Below are positions 10,601-19,190 of a DNA stretch of 64,000 bases, piece after piece. The position numbers were made by a program, and so were the translations under genes. Within the stretch, counting starts at the first letter, position 1. Every line of letters begins with the position of its first letter. The stretch lies in assembly GCA_963761305.1 (NCBI GenBank), contig CAVXGK010000002.1, positions 1,984,001 through 2,048,000 of the forward strand. The letters are read 5' to 3'. The notes under the pieces are model-generated. The model had not been told where the DNA came from. It did not search any database and was given only the letters and a program-made list of their open reading frames with translations. This DNA is from an uncultured Gemmatimonadaceae bacterium. Its GTDB lineage: Bacteria > Gemmatimonadota > Gemmatimonadetes > Gemmatimonadales > Gemmatimonadaceae.

Positions 10601-10856
10601 CAATCGTCTTCCCGTCGGGCGAGAACCTTGGAAAGCTCTCTTCGCCGCGCGCCGTCGTGAGACGCTCGGCGGTGCCGCCCGTCTTGGGCATGATCCAGAT
10701 GTCGCCGCCGTAGATGAACGCGATCTGCGTCGCGGAGACGGTCGGCTGGCGGAGCATGCGGGCGTCGATCTGCGCGCTGAGCGAGGCGGGAGTGGCGGAC
10801 ATGGCGACGGCGCAGGCGGCACCAGTGGCCACGGCACCAAGTACGTAGGAACGCAT
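7617..10856 (-). CDS. Tricorn-like protease (S41; beta-propellers + PDZ + catalytic domain), secreted
   Basis: WD40/TolB-like SPDGK repeats, LNSSHTY, IIDERFNSGG, SGSGGDAF, GRRTWGG, EGHGVEPD. Confidence 0.95.
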   Translation of the reverse strand: MRSYVLGAVATGAACAVAMSATPASLSAQIDARMLRQPTVSATQIAFIYGGDIWIMPKTGGTAERLTTARGEESFPRFSPDGKTIAFTADYDGNDEVYTIPAAGGEATRLTYHPGSDRVVAWYPDGQSLLIASNRTSETNRYNKLFKISKTGGVPVALPVPYGEFASFSPDAKTIAYLPEAVDARTWKRYRGGWAPDIWTFDLDTHASKNITHDEANDGQPMWSGSTLFFLSDRGKNERGNIWAYDTKTTRFHQVTDFGDFDVKYPSLGPSDIVFQAGSRMYLLDLATEKMHEVPVHVVTDRASLRPHPQDVGTEIASASLSPTGKRALFEAHGDLFTVPAENGPVRDLTETSASAERTPAWSPDGKLIAYWSDKTGEYELTLRNADGSGEERTVTKLGPGFRYQPYWSPDSKKIAFIDQAMRIHVVDVTSGQVTNVDKALNWLHGNLAGFHVSWSGDSRWLAYSRDLPNAQNAIFIYDARTGGAPHQVTTGYYNDRSPSFDPDGKYLYFLSSRTFAPSYSDLDNSWAYVNSTNVVVVPLRADVASPLAPRSDEEGAPPEATAPVKGGDVNIDFTDFERRVDVLPAAPGNYSGLTALSGRVLYRRGIRTGAAQGPTPIISFELSDREEKTIVDNALGFVTSDDGKKILVRNAQDWFIVDPKPAQKLDKKLATATMTMTVDPSAEWHQMFNDAWRIERDYFYDPGMHGVDWNTMRSRYGKLIDDAVSRWDVSFVLGELIGELNSSHTYVQGGQYENGPRRNIGLLGADFALEGGYLCITKIYDGGEWDSEVRSPLKRPGIKVSEGDYLLAVNGKPLDPTKDVGASFEGLANAVVSITVNDKPTLTGARTVLVKPLADESRLRNLAWIESNRKRVDQATHGRVGYVYVPNTGIDGQTELVRQYRAQTDKDGMIIDERFNSGGQIPDRFVELLDRPIESYWKTRDGVPQQTPPIANAGPKAMLVNGWSGSGGDAFPYYFKQRGLGPLIGRRTWGGLIGISGTPSFVDGGNVTAPTFAVYGTDGKWIIEGHGVEPDIDVVDDPTQLAKGVDPQLEAAIKEVMTAVEKQPKRPTAPDYTKRIAP

Positions 10857-11069
10857 AGAGGGAGGAGTCGAGAGTGAGCAGGAAATGCGCTGCCGCTCGC
10901 AAGCTGCGACTCGCCCAGAGTCCTGTCAATCGAAATGAGGACAACCCGGCTCTTTACAGCTTCTGAATCCCTGTATGGAACCAATGAAGCGGAGCGTCAT
11001 ATGACGTTCCGCCTCGCCGTTGCCGAATGATGGGTCCCGAGTTGGCACTGTTTCACTCTCACCTTCTCG

Positions 11070-11699
11070 ATGGAGCTCGACATGCGCTCAACGCTGGCAC
11101 TGCGGTACTTCGCACAGATCGCCGCCGCAATTGGTCTCGTGGGAACCGGACTGGCGGCGCAAACACTGCGCACGGAAACAGCGATTCACCCTGGTGCCTG
11201 GATTGTCGGCGGAACAGGATCTCTCGATCTGGCAAACAGTCCGAGTTCCCAGAGCAATCTTTCGCTCAACCCGCTGGGCCTCGTGCTGGTCAACAACCGC
11301 CTCGCGGTTGGTGCAGAGGGTGCTCTGGGCCTCGCCTCGAGCGACAACGGTCACACGGCGTTGTGGGGGATCGGGCCGACAGCTCGACTGTTCCTTGGCG
11401 ATGTCTCGAGCCGCGTCCTGCCGTTCTTCTCCGCGACGGTCCTTCCCGAGTGGAGTCACCAATTTCAGCGTCCGATCGATTTCGACGAGCGAATTCTCAC
11501 ACTGGATGGTTCGTTCGGATCGACCTTCATGTTGACGTCAAAAGCCGGGCTCACCGGCGAGGTGTACGTGACTCATTTCGATTTCCGCCAGACCACGCCG
11601 TTTGTTGATGGGACTACCGGACAGCCGGGGACAGGCGTCGCGTCCGGCGGGTCGACTCACTACGGCATGCGATTCGGGTTCACGGTCTTCGTGCATTGA
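11070..11699 (+). CDS. Hypothetical exported protein, probable small outer-membrane beta-barrel
   Basis: Signal peptide, alternating amphipathic strands, C-terminal GMRFGFTVFVH. Confidence 0.6.
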   Translation: MELDMRSTLALRYFAQIAAAIGLVGTGLAAQTLRTETAIHPGAWIVGGTGSLDLANSPSSQSNLSLNPLGLVLVNNRLAVGAEGALGLASSDNGHTALWGIGPTARLFLGDVSSRVLPFFSATVLPEWSHQFQRPIDFDERILTLDGSFGSTFMLTSKAGLTGEVYVTHFDFRQTTPFVDGTTGQPGTGVASGGSTHYGMRFGFTVFVH

Positions 11700-11733
11700 C
11701 GGTGGCCCGGTAGACCGGTGGACCGGTAGACCG
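11700..11733 (+). repeat. Octamer tandem repeat (CGGT[G/A]GAC family), 4 units
   Basis: cggtggcc cggtagac cggtggac cggtagac immediately after stop codon. Confidence 0.75.
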
Positions 11734-11744
11734 TATTCTGAGTC

Positions 11745-12776
11745 GTGCGAAAACTCATGGGTCTTCTCGCCGTGCTTGCCGTCGTTGGGCATCGCACGCA
11801 AGCGCAGCAGCTCGAGGCGCTGTGGTATTCGACCGGGAGCGAGCGGAGCACCGGGAGCTTCCTCGCCAACGCGAGTCATATCTCTATCGTCTCGCCGCAG
11901 GTCTTTGCGTTCGACAAGGAGGGGGCGATCCATGGGCATCTGGATCGCCGCCTCGTGGACACCGCGCGCGCGAAGGGCGTGAAGCTCGTGCCGCTCGTGG
12001 TGAATCCAGGATTCGACCAGCCGTTGATTCACCGAATCCTCAACGTCGCGACGGTGCGGCAGCGGGCGATCGAGAGTCTCGTTGCCCTCTGTCGCGACCA
12101 ACACCTCGACGGCATTCAGTTCGACGTCGAGAACGTGAACATCGTCGACAAGAACGCGTTCACGAGCTTCGTCCGCGACGCTGCGGCCCGACTCCACGCG
12201 GCGAACTGCTCCGTTTCGGCCGCCGTCGTGCCGCGCACAGGCGAGAACCCGGGACCGAGCGCGTACCACAAATGGATCTTCGAGAACTGGCGCGGCGCGT
12301 ACGACTACAAGGCGCTCGCCGAGTCGCTCGATTTTCTGTCGTACATGACGTACGCCGAGCACACGGGCGGCACGCCACCGGGACCGGTCGCCGGCTATCC
12401 GTGGATGGAGGAGTGTCTCCAGTACGTGCTCTCACTCGGTGTGCCGCCGTCCAAGATCTCGCTGGGGATTCCGTCGTACTCGGACCACTGGTACGCGTCG
12501 TACGACGCGGCCGAGGGCGCGCGATCGAAGGCCGGCGATTCAGAGTTCGGGAAGGTCGATTCGCTGGTGAAGACCTTTCACGCGACGCTCGTGTGGGACG
12601 ACCGCGAGAAAGCGTCATACGCGTTCTGGAGCAATGCCGGCGTGTTCGAGCACGTGTGGATCGAGGACGCGCGCGCGTTCGCAGCGAAGCTCGAGTTGGT
12701 GCGAAAGTACAAACTGCGGGGATACTCGGTGTGGGTGCTCGGCACCGAAGATCCGGGCGTGTGGGAGCTTCGGTAA
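11745..12776 (+). CDS. GH18 glycosyl hydrolase (chitinase / SleL-YaaH-like), secreted
   Basis: LDGIQFDVE catalytic motif, MTYAEH, LGIPSY, GYSVWVLG. Confidence 0.88.
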   Translation: MRKLMGLLAVLAVVGHRTQAQQLEALWYSTGSERSTGSFLANASHISIVSPQVFAFDKEGAIHGHLDRRLVDTARAKGVKLVPLVVNPGFDQPLIHRILNVATVRQRAIESLVALCRDQHLDGIQFDVENVNIVDKNAFTSFVRDAAARLHAANCSVSAAVVPRTGENPGPSAYHKWIFENWRGAYDYKALAESLDFLSYMTYAEHTGGTPPGPVAGYPWMEECLQYVLSLGVPPSKISLGIPSYSDHWYASYDAAEGARSKAGDSEFGKVDSLVKTFHATLVWDDREKASYAFWSNAGVFEHVWIEDARAFAAKLELVRKYKLRGYSVWVLGTEDPGVWELR

Positions 12777-12807
12777 CTGACTCGGCTTCCGGCTGGCGGT
12801 CCGTCGG

Positions 12808-13254
12808 CTACGGCTGACGGATGCTGCTGGCGGCCGGCGAGCTGCGTTCAGCGGGGACGGCACCTCTGTACCGGCGGAGCAGGCGGAATGCCGAGACAGC
12901 GAAGCCTAGGGCGACGAGCGAGACCAGGAGTTGGGTGGACGGGCGCCACTGGTGTTGCGCCGCGGCCGCGAGCGCGCTGTACGCGAACAGCCCTGCCGCC
13001 AGGACCGCGCCGGGCCACTCCTCCCTTTCGAGCAGCCACGCCGCGATGAAATAGACCACCGCGGTCATGGTGCCGGCGGCGACTCCCTTCGGATTCCTGA
13101 GGATCACATGCCAGCCGGAATCCGAGCCCGGGCGGGCCCGAACGAGTAGGAGTCCGAGCAGCGACACGATCCACACGGCGCCGGGCAAGACGGCGAAGAT
13201 CGCCGTCGCAGTCACCACCCACGCGTTCGGATAACCGACGGCCGGTTTGGGCAT
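12808..13254 (-). CDS. Hypothetical membrane protein (about 4 TM)
   Basis: ATG 13254 (MPKPAVGYPNAW...), four hydrophobic segments. Confidence 0.55.
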   Translation of the reverse strand: MPKPAVGYPNAWVVTATAIFAVLPGAVWIVSLLGLLLVRARPGSDSGWHVILRNPKGVAAGTMTAVVYFIAAWLLEREEWPGAVLAAGLFAYSALAAAAQHQWRPSTQLLVSLVALGFAVSAFRLLRRYRGAVPAERSSPAASSIRQP

Positions 13255-13289
13255 GACGAAAGTTGAATACCTGTTAGTCGATTGATCCG

Positions 13290-13754
13290 TCAGCCGTCGG
13301 CGGCGGTTTTCCCGACTTCGAACGCCACGCGAACATCCACGATCGCGACCGCGACCGTTCCGTAGAGGGGTCACCGCCGCTTGAAGCCCTCGACCAGCGC
13401 GGCCGCTTGCGCGCCGTCGGTGCCCCACAGCGTGAAGTCCAGGCGAACGGAATTCATCGTCGTGACGTCGGTGCGCGACTGTTTGGCGCGATCGACTTCG
13501 CCGTGAATCCGCACGGCGACGCGTGCGAGCGGCACGTTGGTGTCGCGCGCGATGACGTGGACGAGCTCCACGCCGCACGCGGCGATCGAGGAGAGAAATT
13601 GCTCGATGGGCGTGATCGCTTCGCCGGGACAGCCGTTCTGCACGGGACCGTCGACGATGAAGTGGTGGTCGCGCGCGCTGCAGAGCACGCGGCCAAAGAC
13701 GTCGGTCGAGCGGGCGGCGACGTCGTAGGTGCGGAGGGTGGCGGGTGCGGTCAT
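13290..13754 (-). CDS. OsmC/Ohr-like peroxiredoxin, probable selenoprotein (in-frame UGA at 13373-13371)
   Basis: TPIEQFLSSIAACG first Cys motif; ...FKRR-UGA-PLYGTVAVAIVDVRVAFEV matches the OsmC C-P-(V/L) second Cys motif plus final strand; SECIS-like hairpin follows. Confidence 0.8.
13339..13358 (-). promoter_or_regulatory. Putative bacterial SECIS element
   Basis: mRNA ACGGUCGC-GGUC-GCGAUCGU: 8-bp stem, G-first GGUC loop beginning 20 nt after UGA. Confidence 0.7.
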
Positions 13755-13970
13755 TCGGAGTCGGAGCGAGGACCAGGCACGGAGGGCGGGGGCATGGCCA
13801 ATTCTACGAACTGCGGGTCGCCTCCGCGATGCGGCCAGACCGCCGCCTGATCGCGCCCCGAGAGCGCGCGAAATGGGGTTGAGCCTTCCGGAGGACTACC
13901 GGACGCGGAGGTACCAGCGTCCCCATGCTCCGGGCCGTAGAATTAGACGTCCCTTCCCCCGCACAAACCG

Positions 13971-16900
13971 ATGCGCCAACTCCAGTCCACGCTCTGCGCG
14001 GTAAGCCTCCTGGCGGCCGCAGTTTCGGTCGTTTCCGCGCAAGGGCGCCCGACCGTCAATCAACCCGGTCGCGCCATCCCGCTGACCGCGGTGCACAACG
14101 ACAACGCCCTCCCGCCGGACTCCGTGCTGGTGCGAGCGCTCATGTTTCGCTCCATCGGCCCGGCGGTCATGTCGGGTCGGATTTCCGACATCGCCGTCGT
14201 CGTCGACCCCAAGGCGCCGCGCGCGCGGATCGGTACGGTGATGTACGTCGCGGCCGCGACGGGCGGTGTCTGGAAGACGACGAACGCCGGCGTGAATTGG
14301 ACGACGGTCTTCGATTCCGTACGCACCGGCTCCGTCGGTGCTATCGCCGTCGCACCGTCGGATCCGAACGTCGTGTGGGTCGGCACGGGCGAAGCGAACA
14401 ACATGCGCAGCTCGTCGTGGGGCACGGGCGTCTACAAGTCGACCGACGCCGGCAAGACCTGGTCGAGCGCGATGCTTCCGGCGTCGCAACACATCGGCAA
14501 GATCGTTATCGACCCGCGCGATGCGAACGTCGTCTACGTCGCGGCGGTCGGTCCACTCTGGGCGCCGGGCGGCGAACGCGGCCTCTTCAAGACCACCGAC
14601 GGCGGCAAGACATGGACGAATCTCAAGGGGATCAGCCAGTACACGGGATTCACCGAGATCGCGATGGATCCGTCGAACCCCGACGTGCTCTACGCGGCGT
14701 CGCTGGAGCGCGAGCGTCGCGAGTACGGATTCCTTCCGGCCGGCCCGGAGACGGCGATTTACAAGACGACCGACGCCGGCGGCACGTGGAACAGGCTCAC
14801 CGAAGGCCTGCCGGCGGGAGACCTCGGCCGAATCGGATTGAGCGTTTGCAAATCGAAGCCGTCCATCGTGTACGCCACGATCCACGCGAAGCCACCGGCC
14901 GGGGGTCTCTACCGCAGTGAAGACGCCGGCGCGACGTGGAAGCAGATGAACGACCAGGACGGCACGGCGTGGTACTACAGCCAGGTGCGCTGCGATCCGA
15001 CGAATCCTGATCACATCGTTCAACTCAACGCGCAGTCGCGCGAATCGCACGACGCCGGCAAGACGCTCACGCCCTTCGCCGCGGGCGGCGTGCACAGCGA
15101 CCACCACGCGCTGTGGATCGGCGACGACGATCCCGACCACATGATTCTGGGCGGCGACGGCGGCATCTACACGACGTACGACGCCGGCCGCACCTGGGAT
15201 CACAACGAGAGCATCGTCGCCGGCCAGTTCTACGCGATCGCCGTCGACGATGCGCAGCCGTTCTACAACGTGTACGGCGGTCTGCAGGACAATCAGACAT
15301 GGGGCGGCCCGAGCCGCACACGCAACTCGTTCGGCCCGACCAACGCCGACTGGTTCCGCATGGCGGGCGGCGACGGCTTTTACGCGGTGCCCGATCCACT
15401 GGACAACAATCTCGTGTACGCCGAGTCGCAGACGGGGGGCGTCGTGCGCTACGACGCGCGCACCGGGCAGACGAAGAACATCCGTCCAGCGCCGAAGCCC
15501 GGTGAGCGCTTCCGCTTCAACTGGAGCGCGCCGATCCTTCCGAGCCGTCACGACGTGAAGAGCGTGTTCATGGCGGCGCAGTTCGTCTTCAAGAGCACCG
15601 ATCGCGGCGACTCGTGGGAAAAGATCAGCCCCGACCTCACGCGCGGCATCGATCGCAACAAGCTGCCGATGCGCGGCGCCGTCCCCGACTCCACCGCGCT
15701 CGGCCGCAATGAAGGGACGGCGGAGTTCAGCAACATCACGACGATCGACCAGTCGCCGCTCAAGAAGGACTTGCTCGCCGTCGGCACGGACGACGGTCTC
15801 ATTCAAATCACGCGTGACGGCGGCAAGACGTGGACGAAGACCGAGAAGTTCCCGAGTGTGCCCGAGACGACGTTCGTGAGCCGCGTCGTCTGGTCCGCCG
15901 CGGCGGAAGGAACGATCTACGCCACGCTCGACGGGCATCGCAGCAACGACTTCAAGCCGTACGTCGTGAAGAGCACGGACTACGGCGTGACGTGGACGTC
16001 GATCGCCGGAGATCTGCCGAACGGCGGACCGGTGCAGGTGGTTCGCGAACATCCGCGCCAATCCAATCTTCTGTTCGTCGGCACCGAGTTCGGCGTCTAC
16101 TGCACCACGGACGGCGGCGCGCGGTGGACGCAGCTCAAGAACGGCATTCCCGGCGTGCCCGTCGCCGACCTGCAAATCCAGTCGCGCGCGAACGATCTCG
16201 TCGTCGGCACGCACGGACGCGGAATCTTCATTCTCGACGACCTCTCGCCGCTCGAGAACCTCGCGCAGGCCAAGCAGGCGAACGTCGCGTATCTCTTCCC
16301 CGTGCAGGACGCCCTGCTCTTCCAACCGAACGCGAGTCGCAGCTCTGGCATGGGCACGCGCGGCTTCACGGGGCAGAATCCGGAGCCCGGACCGCACATC
16401 GCGTACACGCTCAACAACGTGCAGCCGAGCACGAAGATCACGCTCTCGGTGCTCGACGGAAGCGGCGCCGAGGTGCGCGCGCTGCCTGTGAACAAACAGC
16501 CGGGACTCTATCGCATCTCGTGGGACATGCGCGTCGGTCCGCCGCTCACTGGTCCGGTGGACACCGCCGCGTTGGCCAACGGTGGACGAGGAGTCGGCGG
16601 TGGTCGCGGCGGACGCGGCGGGTTTGGCGGCGGCAGAGGCGCGCCGCCTGGAGGCGAAACGGACTCCGCGGGCCGCGGCGGTCGAGGCGCAGGCGGTGCC
16701 GCTGACTCGACAGGTCGCGGCGGCGCAGGTGGGGGCGGCGGCGGCGGCGGCGGCGGCGGTGGTGGTGGATTTGGCGGCGGGCGGGGCGGGGCGGACGGAA
16801 CATTTCCCGCGACGCCCGGACGCTACATCGCGCGGCTGACGGTGACGTCGGCCGACGCGCCGCCGACGGTGCTCGATCAGTCGTTCCTGCTCACCAAGGA

Positions 16901-17588
16901 CCCGATGGTGATTCTGAGCGACAACGATCTCAAGCAACTCTACGCGTTCCGACTCGGCGTGGTGAAGCTGCAGCGCGATCTGCGCGACAAGCAGGCGCAG
17001 CTCGACACGGCCGAACGCACGTTCGCCGCGGCGAAGCGCGCCGCCGACTCAGCGGGCACCAAGGTCTCGCCGGAGCTGAAGGCACAAATCGCGTCGGTCG
17101 GGAAGGAGTTGTCCGACGTGACGCGTGAGATGGGCGCCGCGGGCGGCGGAAGAGGGGGGGGCGGTGCCGGTCGCGGTGGATTCGGTGGAGCGGGCGGCGC
17201 GGCGCTCGCCGCCGGCGGCGCGGGAGCCGTGGGCGGTGCCGGCGGCCGAGGAGGACGCGGTGGGGGGGCGGGAGGCCGTGGTGCCGGCGGCGCACCGATC
17301 GCACAAGCAGGTGCGGCAACTGGCGGCGCGGGAGGCGGAGCGGCGACCGATCAGGATCAGAATCCGACGGGCCCCGTGGCCGCGGAAACCATTCAGGCGC
17401 AACTCGCTACCACCACCGAGCTACTCAACGCCAACTTCACCCCGAGTCCGGAACAGAAGCGGCTGCTGCAGGCGATCCCGTTGGATCTCGAAAAGCAGGG
17501 AGCGCGCGTGAAGAAGGTGTCGGCGGATCAGCTGCCTGCGTTGCTCAAGGCGCTCAAGGACGCCGGCGTCGACGTGAAGACGCCGTGA
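13971..17588 (+). CDS. VPS10/BNR-repeat beta-propeller protein (glycosyl-hydrolase-like), secreted
   Basis: FRSIGPAVMSGRI, many K(S/T)TDxGxTW BNR repeats, GGLQDN, GTHGRG; Gly/Arg-rich inserts. Confidence 0.9.
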   Translation: MRQLQSTLCAVSLLAAAVSVVSAQGRPTVNQPGRAIPLTAVHNDNALPPDSVLVRALMFRSIGPAVMSGRISDIAVVVDPKAPRARIGTVMYVAAATGGVWKTTNAGVNWTTVFDSVRTGSVGAIAVAPSDPNVVWVGTGEANNMRSSSWGTGVYKSTDAGKTWSSAMLPASQHIGKIVIDPRDANVVYVAAVGPLWAPGGERGLFKTTDGGKTWTNLKGISQYTGFTEIAMDPSNPDVLYAASLERERREYGFLPAGPETAIYKTTDAGGTWNRLTEGLPAGDLGRIGLSVCKSKPSIVYATIHAKPPAGGLYRSEDAGATWKQMNDQDGTAWYYSQVRCDPTNPDHIVQLNAQSRESHDAGKTLTPFAAGGVHSDHHALWIGDDDPDHMILGGDGGIYTTYDAGRTWDHNESIVAGQFYAIAVDDAQPFYNVYGGLQDNQTWGGPSRTRNSFGPTNADWFRMAGGDGFYAVPDPLDNNLVYAESQTGGVVRYDARTGQTKNIRPAPKPGERFRFNWSAPILPSRHDVKSVFMAAQFVFKSTDRGDSWEKISPDLTRGIDRNKLPMRGAVPDSTALGRNEGTAEFSNITTIDQSPLKKDLLAVGTDDGLIQITRDGGKTWTKTEKFPSVPETTFVSRVVWSAAAEGTIYATLDGHRSNDFKPYVVKSTDYGVTWTSIAGDLPNGGPVQVVREHPRQSNLLFVGTEFGVYCTTDGGARWTQLKNGIPGVPVADLQIQSRANDLVVGTHGRGIFILDDLSPLENLAQAKQANVAYLFPVQDALLFQPNASRSSGMGTRGFTGQNPEPGPHIAYTLNNVQPSTKITLSVLDGSGAEVRALPVNKQPGLYRISWDMRVGPPLTGPVDTAALANGGRGVGGGRGGRGGFGGGRGAPPGGETDSAGRGGRGAGGAADSTGRGGAGGGGGGGGGGGGGGFGGGRGGADGTFPATPGRYIARLTVTSADAPPTVLDQSFLLTKDPMVILSDNDLKQLYAFRLGVVKLQRDLRDKQAQLDTAERTFAAAKRAADSAGTKVSPELKAQIASVGKELSDVTREMGAAGGGRGGGGAGRGGFGGAGGAALAAGGAGAVGGAGGRGGRGGGAGGRGAGGAPIAQAGAATGGAGGGAATDQDQNPTGPVAAETIQAQLATTTELLNANFTPSPEQKRLLQAIPLDLEKQGARVKKVSADQLPALLKALKDAGVDVKTP

Positions 17589-17606
17589 TCGCCTCGTAGT
17601 CGCCGC

Positions 17607-19190
17607 CTAGCGCGGAGCCGGCTTGGGCACGGTCGCCGCCGGCAAGCTGTCGAGCATCGAGTGGAGTTCCTCGAGGCGACGCGCCGATTGACTGTTGTAG
17701 CACGCCGCGCGTTGGCGGGCGTAGCGGGCGGTCGTCATCCCGACGAGGTGGCACGTCGCGTCGCGCAGCTCGAGCCAGCGTCGCTGGGCCGACCGCACGT
17801 GCTCGACCGACGGCGGATCGGCCGCGTCGTCGGAGATGTTCGATTGCTTGCGCAGTCCGGCGATTACGAGTCGGTAGGCGTCGTTGACTTCGTTGTCCGG
17901 CTGCTCGAGGGCGGCGCGCAGGCACGCGCGTTGATCGGCGGGTTCGGGCGAGCCGCACAGGTCATCGGCGCCGCCCGTCTTGGTGACGTCGGTGACGGTC
18001 GAGTTGAGCGGACGAATCGGCGCCGCGGGAATCCGCGCGCCGCGCTGCGGCTGCGGCGTCGCCGCGGGGCCGACCTTCGACGTGGACTCGCTTGTCGCCG
18101 CCGTGTCGGGCTTGGGCTTGAGCGCGAGATCGCCCGACGCGAGTCCGGCGCTGTCGGTTGCCGCCGTGGCGACGACGTTCGCGTCGCTGGTGTGACCGCG
18201 CAGGATGATGAACGCCGCGGTGACCGCCGCGGCCGCGATCGCTACCGTCGCGACGAAGCGCCGTCCGAAAACGGACTGTCGCGGCATGACGACGTACTCG
18301 ACGCTGGCCTCCGGCGTATCGGGCTCGGGAGACATCGGCGGCGTGATGCGCGCGCGCACGGGAGTCGTGGGGCCGGCGAGCGCGCGCAACATCGCGATGA
18401 AGCCGTCGATGTCGGGCGTGTCCTCGTCGTGTGCGTATTGGGCGAGCGCGTCCACCGCCGCGGTGACGCGTCGCGGCAAGTCGGGGCGCACTTCGGCGAG
18501 GAGCGTCATGCCGGCGGACCCGAACGGGAATCCGGCGAGCATGGTCCAGGCGAGGCGCCCGATCGTGCGCGCGTCGTCGGCCAGGTTCGTCGGCACGTCG
18601 ATCGCGTCGAGCTGCGGCTCGAACGTGAACAAGGCGCGCCCGCTGCCCTGCTGGAACACGAGACCGGCCGGCGTGACCTTGCGATGGACGATGCCGTTCG
18701 CCCACGCCCAGTCGAGCGCCGCGTTGAGCTGCTCGAAGATCGCCGCCAGGCGATCGGGTGAGATCGTCTCGGCCAATTCCTCCGACGACAGCAGATCCTC
18801 GAGCGTCGAGCCGCGCACGCGCGGACGCACCGTCGCGAATGAATCGCGAGCGATCTGCCGCCCTTCGAGCACCGGCACGACGTTCGGATGCCGCATGGCC
18901 GATTCGCGACGCGCGTCGGCCTGCAACTGCATGATCAGGTTGGCGGCCTGTCCCCACGGCGCGCGCACGACGTCGATCGTGACCTCGCGATTGATCGTCC
19001 GATGTCGGGCGAGATACGAAATGGAGTCGTTCGTGCGCCGCGTCTCCGACAGAATCTCGTAGCGCGACTCGAGATCGGAGAGGTCGGGGAGAAACGGGTC
19101 GGGTTCCGGAAACGGCGCGGGTGATTCCCGCGACGCCAGGAAGCGCCGCCAATCCAGGCGAGGAGGCGTGCCTTGCGTCTCGTCGCTCAG
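17607..19190 (-). CDS. Membrane-anchored Ser/Thr pseudokinase with C-terminal LprI/DUF1311-like domain; probable CTG start
   Basis: RYEILSE..SYLARH..NREVTIDV, MRHPNVV, GIVHRKVTP; one TM; C-terminal C..ADQRAC...VNDAY...AQRRWLELRDATC..C; frame open up to CTG overlapping the ilvE stop. Confidence 0.75.
   Translation of the reverse strand: MSDETQGTPPRLDWRRFLASRESPAPFPEPDPFLPDLSDLESRYEILSETRRTNDSISYLARHRTINREVTIDVVRAPWGQAANLIMQLQADARRESAMRHPNVVPVLEGRQIARDSFATVRPRVRGSTLEDLLSSEELAETISPDRLAAIFEQLNAALDWAWANGIVHRKVTPAGLVFQQGSGRALFTFEPQLDAIDVPTNLADDARTIGRLAWTMLAGFPFGSAGMTLLAEVRPDLPRRVTAAVDALAQYAHDEDTPDIDGFIAMLRALAGPTTPVRARITPPMSPEPDTPEASVEYVVMPRQSVFGRRFVATVAIAAAAVTAAFIILRGHTSDANVVATAATDSAGLASGDLALKPKPDTAATSESTSKVGPAATPQPQRGARIPAAPIRPLNSTVTDVTKTGGADDLCGSPEPADQRACLRAALEQPDNEVNDAYRLVIAGLRKQSNISDDAADPPSVEHVRSAQRRWLELRDATCHLVGMTTARYARQRAACYNSQSARRLEELHSMLDSLPAATVPKPAPR

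Noticed and set aside
12808..13578. 256-aa minus-strand ORF as predicted
   Set aside because: Its N-terminal part is an off-frame shadow of the OsmC gene; only the part from ATG 13254 looks like a protein.
3801..16937. Long antisense/alternate-frame ORFs (e.g. 3801-5873 +, 6399-8936 +, 8449-10944 -, 13896-16937 -)
   Set aside because: Arg/Ala-rich shadows of well-supported genes, expected in high-GC DNA; no motifs.
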